64,000 nt of DNA from the NCBI GenBank assembly GCA_000002435.2, contig CM018793.1. The stretch is one strand, 5' to 3'. Position numbers and translations under genes: made by a program. This document shows positions 1-9,465 of this stretch, piece by piece; position 1 is the stretch's first letter; every line of letters starts with the position of its first letter. The notes under the pieces were generated by a model. The model was not told the origin of the DNA. It did not search any database and saw only the letters and a program-made list of their open reading frames with translations. The stretch comes from Giardia intestinalis (taxonomy: Eukaryota).

Positions 1-3000
1 TTTGATCTAGTCCTTTGTGCTCTACGGGGAGACGCCTTTATGTAAGAAAGCTGTTCATTTGGCACGCCGTCTTGGATTTGGTTCCTTTCTTCTCTAGCGA
101 GCTGTCTCTCTTGCCGTTTATATTCTTTTATCCGCTCTGCATATTCTTCTAGCTTTGCAACCAGTGTAGTATTTCTGGCGAGTGCCTTCCGCAGGTTTGC
201 CTTGAGTGCCTGTACCTGAGGGTCTGAGTCCAAGTCCCTGGCGGGGCTTTGACACTTCAATGCATCTGCATTTTTCTGTTGACGGAGGGAAACCTGCTCA
301 TCTTGAAGCTTGGTAACGGTGACCTTGTAGTTTGTAAGGAGCTTGTGCTGTTGGACAGCACCCAGCATCACTTGCTTGAGGAGACGCATAGCCTTGTCTT
401 GAGAGAGTTCATGTAGTTTATGGATCTCTTGTCTAATGTCCTCTATGAATGTGCACGAGTCTTCATAGGTTTTTATTGCGATATCATTGTTCTCTAGTTG
501 TAGCATTTTTATAGATCCTCTTTCTTTTAACTCGGCAAAGCGAGACTTCTGTGTGCTGGTCATATATCTATAAATGCTCGTGTCAGCGACGTTCTTTGGA
601 ATGGTCTGCTGAAGGACGAATTCATCTTTTCCTGTAACCTTATAGCCCGTTAGCTTGCTTAGATTTCTCAGCCTTTCTGTCAGAAAAGAGTCACTCGGCT
701 CTGCGTCACCACGGGTCTCCGGCACTGCTGCTTCCTTCTCGACTATCCCCGTCGGCAGGTTGGTCAAATGCAAGCTCAACTGGGTGTTAGGCGCATCTTC
801 AAGAGCCCCTTGCCCATCCAGTGCATTCACTACATCGTTAACTATATCAATTGCACTTTCTGTAATGTTGAGATTCGGCTTCAACAGGGTCTGTGAGACG
901 TTCTTAGCAGTCTTGTCAAACGGGGATGCTCCTCCGATTCTCGAGTCTATACCCGGATACGGAGATCTTGCAGAGGAGGGTCTGCCAGGACCCGCTTTTG
1001 CATTGGTCATTGGCGTACTTGGGGCATCGGAGGCAGCAGCTTTTGACGCCGCTGTATACATGTTGGGAGCTTGTGGCCCTGTGGTAGGGGGTTGCATGGT
1101 TAAGGTAACATTCTGAGGAATATACCGATATGTTCCCGGAACATCCTGGTAACATTTCATTCGTTGCAACTGCTGAAATTGTTGAAATAATTGGAACTGT
1201 TGAAACTGGTGCATAAGCTCGGCTGATGGCTGTTCTAACAAGTCTAATCCATACAGCGAAGATTGCTTTGGTATTTCCTTCTGTAACACACTCTGTGGAG
1301 TAGTGCTTTGAAACGTATCATGAACGACCTTACTGCCGTCTGCTGCGGCAGAAATACTTATGCGCCTTTCTTGTTTCTGAGTCTGCATGTCAAGTAAAGG
1401 AGTTCCGTTGTTAGTCAAATTATCTGTGGGAGAATTAGAGCCTTGTTGGACGTGGTGCTCTATGGCCACAGATTGAGAGTTGGAAGAATTGTACTGCTTC
1501 TCCATAAATTGCACACTCTCCGCTGGAACGCCAACCTCACTTAAACCAAGCTCGACGCCATCTCCCATGACAACGGCAGGGTCTACCTTGTGCATGTATA
1601 CCAGATCCTTACAGTCCCCGTGAACTCCACAATCAGAGGTATTCTGACTGGTAGTCGTATAGTTGCCAAACTGGACAAGAGTGCTTCTAGTGGTAGTGAG
1701 ATCAGAGAGCACGGGGTCGGACCGAAAATCGTCGGTAGCGGTGTAATCGTGGTAATCATACGTGTTGGTGATAGACTGCCTTATAGAACGTACCGAGCTA
1801 AGGCCACGGTCTCCGCCGGCAGCGCAGACACTACTTAAGGGAAGGCCCTTGATAGAAGATAAGGAAAACGTAGGGGTATTTGAGTCCTTCTCGTCAGGCT
1901 TGACTGTTAATTGCCTGGATTCCGCGTTGCATTCATTTCGTGTTGACATTACTGCGTACTCTTTTTTGTGAGATGACGTAGCAAGCTTAGAAGCTGATCT
2001 TTCATCTGCAGTAATAAAGGCAGACTCTTTTGGTATGGTTGAAGGCAATAAAACCCCGTTGCGGTCTTCTATATCCTCGTACCGCTGCCCAGATGACTGC
2101 GAATTATCTGCTTGATTCTTGAAGCTTAGAGCTAGATGTGACGAAATGAAATTAATAGATGCATCGGTTGACATTTGGGATGCTTTCTGCATCGCAGCGG
2201 TATCCCCCTGTGTATCTATACTGTCAGAAGACTTGGCATTATGTGCTTGAGAATTATACACAACTGAGTTCTTTATTCCTGATAGAGTATGGTCCCTTCC
2301 AGAAAGTTCCGAAGTGATGTTCACGCCCTTATCTTGATGAGCTGTTCCAGCCAGTGCGGCCATCATTTCTTGAACGGAATCCGATAGTGCCACGTTGTCG
2401 TTCTCATCAACGCAGGCGGGAATCCTTTGAGCATGGGAGTATGAAGCACGTGGCTCCATGCCTGTGAAACTTAGGTTCTCTGCTGGCTCTGGCCCATTTA
2501 CGCTCATAAGCGACGAATCCTGTGTACGGTTCACTGCACCGTTGCCCATGTCTATGCCTGTACGAGGATTGACGACCCGTATTGCGAAGGTTGTGCCAGT
2601 GGATGTGTAGTTACTGTGTATCCTATGTGTAACAATAGTTTGCTGGTCGGTGCTAGAGGCGATAGTCAGCGGCGTGCCTTGAGCATTGGGTGGTCGTTCT
2701 TGTAAGTCTGGGGGCTCTGAGACCGGGTAGAGCTCACTCATGGAACTTGTCTTAATTGAGTGCTCTCGAGAAACACCTGTATGCATAGAAACATCTCCAA
2801 GCGTTGACACGTCGTGAATACTGAGACTAGTATATTTCTGTGCATCGGAGGTGCTGCAGTAAGTGGACATAGCAGGATCATAAGGGGTCACACTAGACGA
2901 CAATGAATCTCCAGGTCCTGACGTTTGGGTCAGGGGTGTGCTACCAATGGAGCTCTCTGATTTCTGAGGAGGATTGGCCGGGTTTTTTCGAGCTAAAGCG

Positions 3001-3095
3001 ATATCTTCCACTGTATATGCACGAGCCTTGAGGGGAGGCTTTCGCATTTTCGGTGTAGCCCCTTGTGCTTCCCGACTAAAGGACTTAACACCCAT
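1..3095 (-). CDS. Hypothetical Ser/Thr-rich low-complexity protein with C-terminal coiled coil. Partial: the 3' end runs off the window.
   Basis: Hand translation of the minus strand from the ATG at 3095 (MGVKSFSREAQGATPKMRKPPLKARAYTVEDIALARKNPANPP...) stays open to position 1 (about 1030 aa). There is an in-frame TAA just upstream of the ATG. The track lists no other long minus-strand ORF in 1156-3131, consistent with one long ORF that lacks a stop inside the window. Contains a Q/F-rich stretch (QFQQFQLFQQFQQLQ) and a coiled-coil C-terminus. Confidence 0.5.
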   Translation of the reverse strand, partial: MGVKSFSREAQGATPKMRKPPLKARAYTVEDIALARKNPANPPQKSESSIGSTPLTQTSGPGDSLSSSVTPYDPAMSTYCSTSDAQKYTSLSIHDVSTLGDVSMHTGVSREHSIKTSSMSELYPVSEPPDLQERPPNAQGTPLTIASSTDQQTIVTHRIHSNYTSTGTTFAIRVVNPRTGIDMGNGAVNRTQDSSLMSVNGPEPAENLSFTGMEPRASYSHAQRIPACVDENDNVALSDSVQEMMAALAGTAHQDKGVNITSELSGRDHTLSGIKNSVVYNSQAHNAKSSDSIDTQGDTAAMQKASQMSTDASINFISSHLALSFKNQADNSQSSGQRYEDIEDRNGVLLPSTIPKESAFITADERSASKLATSSHKKEYAVMSTRNECNAESRQLTVKPDEKDSNTPTFSLSSIKGLPLSSVCAAGGDRGLSSVRSIRQSITNTYDYHDYTATDDFRSDPVLSDLTTTRSTLVQFGNYTTTSQNTSDCGVHGDCKDLVYMHKVDPAVVMGDGVELGLSEVGVPAESVQFMEKQYNSSNSQSVAIEHHVQQGSNSPTDNLTNNGTPLLDMQTQKQERRISISAAADGSKVVHDTFQSTTPQSVLQKEIPKQSSLYGLDLLEQPSAELMHQFQQFQLFQQFQQLQRMKCYQDVPGTYRYIPQNVTLTMQPPTTGPQAPNMYTAASKAAASDAPSTPMTNAKAGPGRPSSARSPYPGIDSRIGGASPFDKTAKNVSQTLLKPNLNITESAIDIVNDVVNALDGQGALEDAPNTQLSLHLTNLPTGIVEKEAAVPETRGDAEPSDSFLTERLRNLSKLTGYKVTGKDEFVLQQTIPKNVADTSIYRYMTSTQKSRFAELKERGSIKMLQLENNDIAIKTYEDSCTFIEDIRQEIHKLHELSQDKAMRLLKQVMLGAVQQHKLLTNYKVTVTKLQDEQVSLRQQKNADALKCQSPARDLDSDPQVQALKANLRKALARNTTLVAKLEEYAERIKEYKRQERQLAREERNQIQDGVPNEQLSYIKASPRRAQRTRS

Positions 3096-3131
3096 GAAGC
3101 CAATTTTGGAAAGTTGGATTTACAGGATACG

Positions 3132-3821
3132 TTACTTTAGCGCGCTGAGCCGAAGAGTGTCATCATTTAGGCATGCTTTATGATCGTCGTGTGGTTCGTC
3201 TGGGTGTGTCACTGACTCAGAAACTCCTTCGAGAGACTCTCGCTGGATACCGCACAGGGGCTGTGGGATAGGGTTACCCACAATGGAGGCATACAGAGCT
3301 GTCTGGGTTTCGAGAAGTGAGATGTCCGACTTGTCAAGTCCTTCTTCCAGATCCTGTGGAGTCGTATGGCTCGCTAGTAGCTGCAACTTATCGTAGATCG
3401 GCGACCGTGAAAAGCTCGGCCTTACTACATGCTGGACTGGGCTGGAGAACACCCCGGATCGAGGGGCATCCTGTATGTTCATGCTCTGAGCCTTTTCAAG
3501 TAGCATTTCTCTAGGCTTTGGGTTTTGCAAAAACGCCTCGGCAAGAACTCCATGAGCGGCGGATATACATCCAGAGTAGAGCTCCATATCTATGCGAAAG
3601 CACCAGTAAGCCGACTGCTTGGCAAGGACAGGATTAGCAGACACAAGGGTGTCTATCTCTGTCCGTGCTTCCAGAAGCTGTCTGTTTTTGACCTTGGTCA
3701 CAGCATTGAAGAAGGCGGATAGTATGAGTGGGGGAACTTCTCCCGAGAAGGAGGGAATCTCGAGGAGCTCAATTGCTGGCTCCGAAACACAGGCCCCCAC
3801 GTTGCGGCTGGCACTCAGCAT
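3132..3821 (-). CDS. Hypothetical protein, 229 aa
   Basis: ATG-initiated ORF with ordinary amino-acid composition. It is divergent from the phosphoglycerate mutase gene with a 100-bp AT-rich intergenic region (3822-3924) typical of short Giardia promoters. I recognise no domain. Confidence 0.4.
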   Translation of the reverse strand: MLSASRNVGACVSEPAIELLEIPSFSGEVPPLILSAFFNAVTKVKNRQLLEARTEIDTLVSANPVLAKQSAYWCFRIDMELYSGCISAAHGVLAEAFLQNPKPREMLLEKAQSMNIQDAPRSGVFSSPVQHVVRPSFSRSPIYDKLQLLASHTTPQDLEEGLDKSDISLLETQTALYASIVGNPIPQPLCGIQRESLEGVSESVTHPDEPHDDHKACLNDDTLRLSALK

Positions 3822-3924
3822 CGGCGAATCTTCTACAAGAAAAGCTCTCTGGCTGAAATTAATTTTCAGACAAGGTTCACTGATTAGTTCTAAAAATTAA
3901 TTTCTGAGGAACGCAATAAAATAC

Positions 3925-5694
3925 ATGAGCCCAGGACGCAAGCAGTTGGCATCACACCCTTTCATTAAGAAGGGTCGTCGTCCCGTTGTTCTTTGCATTG
4001 TCGACGGAATGGGCTATGGGCGTGTCAAGGAAGCTGATGCTGTAAAGGCAGCTTACACACCGTTTTTGGACATGTTTCACGCAAAGTACCCCAACACTCA
4101 GCTCTATGCTCACGGGACCTATGTGGGCCTTCCAGATGATACCGACATGGGCAACTCGGAGGTCGGTCACAACTGCATCGGCTGCGGCCGCGTGGTCGCC
4201 CAGGGGGCTAAGTTGGTCAATATGTCTTTGGAGAGTGGGGAGATGTTCAGAGAAGGGAGCGTATGGAGGAAGTGTGTCACGCAGGTGACAGCCAAGAACT
4301 CTACCCTTCACTTCCTCGGCCTCTTTTCTGACGGAAATGTCCACTCCCACATTAACCACTTGTTCAGCATGCTGAAGCGTGCGAAGCAAGATGGAATCAA
4401 GCAGGTTCGCCTGCATCTCCTCTTCGATGGCCGTGACGTTGGCGAGACTTCTGGAATGAGCTACATTGAGAAGTTGGACGAGCTCCTAAAGACCCTCAAT
4501 GGGGCTGACTTTAATTGTGTGGTTGCCTCTGGGGGCGGTCGCATGGTCACGACAATGGATAGATATTTTGCTAACTGGGATATTGTTGAGAGAGGGTATT
4601 TGGCACATATCTACGGATACAGCGTTCATGGAAATTACTACGACAGCATCGCCAACGCATACACTGCCCTCCGTAATAAGGGAGCGATTGATCAGAATCT
4701 CGAAGAGTTTGTTATCAATGACGCAGATGGTAAGCCAGTGGGGGCTGTAGGAGACAATGACGCCTTTGTTCTATACAATTTCCGTGGAGACCGTGCCATC
4801 GAGATAAGTCAGGCCATGGATGCGCTGGCTGGTGGTGATACTGCCGCTTTTAAGGACTTCAATTTATGTTTTGATTTGTCAGGGATTCAGAGGAAGTATG
4901 GAGCACCAAATGTGAAGATATCCCTGCCCAGCAAAATCGCAGCGCCAAAGAACATACTTTATGTGGGCATGATGCTCTATGATGGCGATCTCCACCTGCC
5001 GAAGAACTATCTTGTCAGTCCCCCGAATATTTCGGACACTCTTGATGATTACCTTACTTCCGCAGGCCTTTCCTGCTATGCTATCTCCGAGACACAGAAG
5101 TACGGCCATGTAACATACTTCTTCAATGGCAATCGATCGGAGAAGTTTTCGGAGGAGCTGGACACTTACGAAGAGATCCCTTCAGACAAGGACATTGAGT
5201 TCTCTAAGGCTCCCTGGATGAGAGCTCACGAGATCACAGTTATGACGGAACGTGCGATCCGCGGACTCACCAAGAGGAAGCATGACTTCATTCGTCTCAA
5301 CTATCCTAATCCCGACATGGTTGGACACTGCGGCGACTTTGAGATGGCCAGAGTGGCAGTTGAGTGTGTCGACGTCTGTCTCGGGAGGCTCTACAAGGCA
5401 GTGTGCGACGTCGGCGGCTGTATGGTGATTATTGCAGACCATGGAAACTCTGATGAAATGTATGAGATTGTCAAGGGTGCGGTAAAGCTGGACTCAAAGG
5501 GAAACAAGGTCGTGAAGACTTCGCATTCCCTGAACCCCGTGCCCTGCATCATCATTGACAAGTCCTCCGATGTGCTGGAGTACAAGCGTGAGCTCCGCTC
5601 TGGAAAAGGCCTTAGTTCTGTTGCTGCCACTATCCTTAACCTCCTTGGCTTTGAGAAGCCTGCGGACTACGACGATGGCGTCTTGGTCTTCTGA
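3925..5694 (+). CDS. gpmI: 2,3-bisphosphoglycerate-independent phosphoglycerate mutase (iPGM)
   Basis: 589-aa ORF. N-terminus ...RRPVVLCIVDGMGYG... plus ...NSEVGHN..., ...ADHGN... and the overall alkaline-phosphatase-superfamily iPGM layout. An AGTGAAC polyA-signal motif lies at 5727-5733, downstream of the stop. Confidence 0.88.
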   Translation: MSPGRKQLASHPFIKKGRRPVVLCIVDGMGYGRVKEADAVKAAYTPFLDMFHAKYPNTQLYAHGTYVGLPDDTDMGNSEVGHNCIGCGRVVAQGAKLVNMSLESGEMFREGSVWRKCVTQVTAKNSTLHFLGLFSDGNVHSHINHLFSMLKRAKQDGIKQVRLHLLFDGRDVGETSGMSYIEKLDELLKTLNGADFNCVVASGGGRMVTTMDRYFANWDIVERGYLAHIYGYSVHGNYYDSIANAYTALRNKGAIDQNLEEFVINDADGKPVGAVGDNDAFVLYNFRGDRAIEISQAMDALAGGDTAAFKDFNLCFDLSGIQRKYGAPNVKISLPSKIAAPKNILYVGMMLYDGDLHLPKNYLVSPPNISDTLDDYLTSAGLSCYAISETQKYGHVTYFFNGNRSEKFSEELDTYEEIPSDKDIEFSKAPWMRAHEITVMTERAIRGLTKRKHDFIRLNYPNPDMVGHCGDFEMARVAVECVDVCLGRLYKAVCDVGGCMVIIADHGNSDEMYEIVKGAVKLDSKGNKVVKTSHSLNPVPCIIIDKSSDVLEYKRELRSGKGLSSVAATILNLLGFEKPADYDDGVLVF

Positions 5695-5726
5695 ATACCG
5701 AGGCCTATATGTTTGAAGACTGTCTG

Positions 5727-5733
5727 AGTGAAC
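5727..5733 (+). promoter_or_regulatory. Putative polyadenylation signal AGTGAAC (Giardia AGTRAAY) for iPGM
   Basis: The motif lies about 33 nt after the iPGM stop codon. The Giardia polyA signal consensus AGT[AG]AA[CT] a short distance 3' of the stop is established knowledge. Confidence 0.45.
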
Positions 5734-5814
5734 TTTTCTGTTACTCTGGTTCTAAGACCTGCATACATCTTTGCGGTTGTGATCAAAAACACGAAGAAAA
5801 CAGGAGGAGAATTG

Positions 5815-6648
5815 ATGAATAGCAACATCCCTGTCTCTGGATGGATGCGCTTTGGGGCAAACATCCTGACCATCTGGATCTTCATTCTATGTTACATATT
5901 GGTTCTGAAGCGGCGTAGCGAGTCCTTACTTGCCTCTAAAATGCGAACACTTATCCACATATACTACTTGTTTTCTATCTTATCTCAGGCCTTATTTACT
6001 CGTACATCTATCATAGGCTACTTTATGGGTAAGTGGCTCCAGAATAATACGACAGCGTCCGCGGTCTGGAGCCAGGTTTCTCAGGCGCTCTATACCGCAA
6101 CAAACAGAGTCGTACCATCCCTGATGGTTACCATTGTCATAGTGAGTGCCATCGACGGGCTGAGGAACACGACACTGTGCCAAAAGGCGATGGTTGTCAC
6201 TACTATAATTTACACAATCCTTGTTACTGTCGTTTCTATGGGCACGGTCTTCTGTAAAGATTTTTGCACGGATAAGCCAGAAGTGCGGCGGGGGATCCTC
6301 TATGCTCAGGAGGCACTCACATCTGTGCCCTATATAATCTCAATTGGGATGATATTGATTTTGTTCAGAAAAAGCCAGGAGGTTGCTGAAACAGACTTTG
6401 CAAGGGCTCTCATTGAGGACGACAGAATTGATGACGCCGCCACTGACATGAATAACCGAAAGCGCCAGCTCACGACAATTTTCATTCTAAGAACCATGGC
6501 CATGGTCATTTTGTTCTCCTGGAATATGGCGTGGATCAGCCTCTTCTTCGACACCGCAGAGCCCTCCTGGGTCCCTTATGTGGAGGCAGCCCTTTTGGTT
6601 ATATATGAGACACTCAACGCGACTGTGTTCATTCAGAGGGGAAAGTAG
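5815..6648 (+). CDS. Hypothetical multi-pass membrane protein
   Basis: The track ORF starts at GTG 5728, overlapping the upstream gene's polyA motif. The first in-frame ATG is 5815 (MNSNIPVSGWMRFGANILTIWIFILCYILVL...). There are several hydrophobic segments about 20 aa long, and I recognise no soluble domain. Confidence 0.5.
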   Translation: MNSNIPVSGWMRFGANILTIWIFILCYILVLKRRSESLLASKMRTLIHIYYLFSILSQALFTRTSIIGYFMGKWLQNNTTASAVWSQVSQALYTATNRVVPSLMVTIVIVSAIDGLRNTTLCQKAMVVTTIIYTILVTVVSMGTVFCKDFCTDKPEVRRGILYAQEALTSVPYIISIGMILILFRKSQEVAETDFARALIEDDRIDDAATDMNNRKRQLTTIFILRTMAMVILFSWNMAWISLFFDTAEPSWVPYVEAALLVIYETLNATVFIQRGK

Positions 6649-6731
6649 CACAGATATTTGTGAATATTTTTCAATTTACATCTATAGCGTTTCTCACAAA
6701 TTACAAGTGATAGGTATGTTCTCCAATAAAA

Positions 6732-7763
6732 ATGCCATATTCGCTTTCTGGTGACCTGGGCGGCACTAAGTGCTTTCTTGCCATTCACGACCTCGATGTC
6801 CTGAAGACCGATCCTCGTGCCGCTCCTCTCCTTGAGCACGAGCTCCTTTGCAAAGACTATCAATCTACGGGAGACCTCATCAACGATTTCCTCAAGCGCT
6901 GGGATAGGGAGACGCCCATCGTTGGCTGCCTCGGCGTAGCTGGTCCCGTAACCAATGGACGAGTGTGCATTACAAACTTAGACTGGAACGAGAGCGAAGA
7001 GGAGCTGCAGAACACGACAGGCGTGGGCAAAATGAAGCTTATCAACGACTTTGCGGCCATCGGCTACGGGCTTCTGGCTATCCGTCCTGACGACTATCTC
7101 GACTTTGACGCAAGAAACGGCTCCGTGAGTACCCCTACTGTCGTTCCGGACAACTCGACCGGGATCGTCTCCTACGCAGGTGCTGGGACAGGCTTTGGCG
7201 TTGGATTTGTCGCTGATGGAGTCGCATACGCAGCTGAGGGCGGGCACACGACGTTTTCTCCCATGGAAGCCGAAGACCATGCACTTGCGCAATTCATCAA
7301 GGAAAAGTACAACACGGATCATGTCAGTTTCGAGCGCGTTGTCTCTGGTCTTGGTCTTCGCAATATGCACGACTTCTTCTGGAAGAATTTGAGTGGTCTG
7401 GCGAGTCCTGTGCTCCGAGAACACGTGCTCTCCAGAGACCACGACATCGACATGGGCTTCCTTGCCAAATGTGCGGAGACAGGGGATAAGTATGCACTCA
7501 AGATTTTCAAGAAATTCTTTTACTATTACGGCTTCTACCTTGGCAACATCTGTGTCCTCTTCAGGCCCAAGGATTACTTCATTGCCGGTGGGATTCTGGC
7601 CAAGGATCTCAACCTTGTTTGCGGACCCTGCCGTGAGGATTTCTGTCGTGGGCTGTACACAAAGGGGCGAATGTCCCACCTGCCAAATGGAGTGTCGTTC
7701 CATGTTGTGACAAACCAGAAGCTCGGCATTGTTGGAGCTGCTTATTTCTGTACTAAGATGTGA
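6732..7763 (+). CDS. glk: Glucokinase (bacterial Glk-type, ROK/glucokinase family)
   Basis: N-terminal LSGDLGGTKCFLAI matches the glucokinase phosphate-1 motif (E. coli Glk: LVGDVGGTNARFAL). Length 343 aa, with ...GAGTGFGVG... and ...EGGH... motifs. The start is ATG. Confidence 0.8.
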   Translation: MPYSLSGDLGGTKCFLAIHDLDVLKTDPRAAPLLEHELLCKDYQSTGDLINDFLKRWDRETPIVGCLGVAGPVTNGRVCITNLDWNESEEELQNTTGVGKMKLINDFAAIGYGLLAIRPDDYLDFDARNGSVSTPTVVPDNSTGIVSYAGAGTGFGVGFVADGVAYAAEGGHTTFSPMEAEDHALAQFIKEKYNTDHVSFERVVSGLGLRNMHDFFWKNLSGLASPVLREHVLSRDHDIDMGFLAKCAETGDKYALKIFKKFFYYYGFYLGNICVLFRPKDYFIAGGILAKDLNLVCGPCREDFCRGLYTKGRMSHLPNGVSFHVVTNQKLGIVGAAYFCTKM

Positions 7764-7797
7764 ATTCCTTTCTGTGCCTTGGGCGTTGTGCTAGTAC

Positions 7798-9315
7798 TTA
7801 GTAGTATCCTCCTTCACTGATCAGCTGCGCCTTGGAAACATGTGCAGTTAGTCGTGCAAGCTTTGCTTCTAGTTCTAGATTACGCTGGATAAGTGCCATG
7901 TGCTCTTCCGGAGATACACCCACTCTTGTGGCAGTTGTGACCTGTGCTGAGTCCGCGTGCAAGCCAGCTTTAGAACTATGTGAGTCCTCTGTGCTCAATT
8001 GCCCCAGCTCTTCCTGCAAAAACGACAGACTGCACATGGGTTCAGCAACCTTGTTGTGCAACCCATCGTCCCTCCGACACTGCATAGTGACGGTTGTGCA
8101 AGAGATGGGAGACAATCCTAACGGTGCAAGCGAAAGCGGGGTCTCTTTGTGGAGCTGTCCGAATGACAGGGTGCTGTAGCCATCACTCTCAGCCTTCTTT
8201 AGCCACTCCTCTGTGAGCTCCTGCTTAAGAGAAGGCGTTCTACTTAAATTCATTTGCATACAAGAAGTTTGCTTAGTCTCCTTGACAGACACAGCATAGC
8301 GGTAGTTGTGAGGAAGAATCGTCATGTTCTTCACAGGAAGAGACTCTTTGTTTCTGTATATCTGGAAGCCACCACCAGGAAATAAGGCCATGATTTGCCC
8401 GGTGCTCAATCCAAGGAGCACGGTTTGAGTAACCGGTGATGTATCTAGAGCGGTGAAAGCAGCATCGTCCCCTAGGGTTTCGGGAATATCCAAAACCTTT
8501 CTAATGGGTGTGCCATTGTCAGCTGCATCTCTGAGAGATAGAAGGGTGGATGATAGCTCCGGTCCACCTATGGTAACAGAATATAATGTTTTTGCCGTTA
8601 GAAGGTAAAGAACGGTCCCAGTTGGCCCAATACTGAGAGAAACGGGCGTGTCTGGAGCCAACAGCGACATGGTGGCCTCGAGCTTAAAGCCCCTTGAAGC
8701 CTCTACTAATCTCCACCGGCGTAGATGCCCTTTTTCTGCCATGGAATATAAGGTAATATCCCCTGAGCGAACAAACTTATCAAATCTGACGAAAACAAGA
8801 GGAAAGGCGTGATCTGCATTGAGGGCGATTTGCTGGGGCGATTTGTTTGTATAAATAGCAGTAAGAATATTAGAAAATGACCAAAGGGAAACTGTTCCAT
8901 CTTTGCTTCCTGTTACCAGGTAGTTCTGCCAAATATCCAGAGCTGTGATAGTTCGTGAATGAAGCTGCACAATACCGAGAAGAGCGCCTGTTGTAAGGTT
9001 CCAGATGCCTAGCTGTCCAGAAGTGCCGCAAAGAAGAAGGTAGTCTGCGTCACACCCCTCGGCTCTACCGTGCAACATGGCGATCTCCACGTCAAAGGGT
9101 GCAGTAAACTTGAATTTCGGTGCAGTATTCTCATACGTGAAGAGATATATCAGATTAGGCTTGGTGCGTACACTCACACAGCCTCCAGTGCCAAAGTAAG
9201 CAAAACTGTTGGGTTCTCCCTCTGAATAGGTTGTCTGCCAGTATATTATGGGTCCTTTCGGGTCCCAAAGCATAAGAGACCCTCCAGGAGACGACGTTGC
9301 CAGAGTTACCGACAT
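7798..9315 (-). CDS. WD40-repeat protein with C-terminal coiled coil
   Basis: 505 aa with WD-like units (..LVTGSKDGTVSLWSF.., ..CGTSGQLGIWNL..). The C-terminus ...LELEAKLARLTAHVSKAQL... is predicted coiled coil. Confidence 0.6.
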   Translation of the reverse strand: MSVTLATSSPGGSLMLWDPKGPIIYWQTTYSEGEPNSFAYFGTGGCVSVRTKPNLIYLFTYENTAPKFKFTAPFDVEIAMLHGRAEGCDADYLLLCGTSGQLGIWNLTTGALLGIVQLHSRTITALDIWQNYLVTGSKDGTVSLWSFSNILTAIYTNKSPQQIALNADHAFPLVFVRFDKFVRSGDITLYSMAEKGHLRRWRLVEASRGFKLEATMSLLAPDTPVSLSIGPTGTVLYLLTAKTLYSVTIGGPELSSTLLSLRDAADNGTPIRKVLDIPETLGDDAAFTALDTSPVTQTVLLGLSTGQIMALFPGGGFQIYRNKESLPVKNMTILPHNYRYAVSVKETKQTSCMQMNLSRTPSLKQELTEEWLKKAESDGYSTLSFGQLHKETPLSLAPLGLSPISCTTVTMQCRRDDGLHNKVAEPMCSLSFLQEELGQLSTEDSHSSKAGLHADSAQVTTATRVGVSPEEHMALIQRNLELEAKLARLTAHVSKAQLISEGGYY

Positions 9316-9465
9316 TGATGACTGTTTATTTTAAATCCAACATCGTTGGATGGCTAATTCCACCCGCACTCTGGCCCGTTACTTCTGTGCCACTGTAGAT
9401 TTGCAACAGTTCTCCTAAGGGCCGCGAACCTTGCTCACCAGGAGAGTGCAGCGCTAGCAGAGGCC

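Noticed and set aside
655-1971. Several 60-150-aa plus-strand ORFs at the left end of the window
   Set aside because: They lie antisense to, or out of frame within, the long uninterrupted minus-strand ORF (1-3095) and have biased, implausible composition.
3952-7703. Antisense ORFs inside the iPGM, glucokinase and membrane-protein genes (for example 3952-4416 minus, 6978-7703 minus)
   Set aside because: They are embedded antisense in genes with strong homology support and have no motifs. Spurious.
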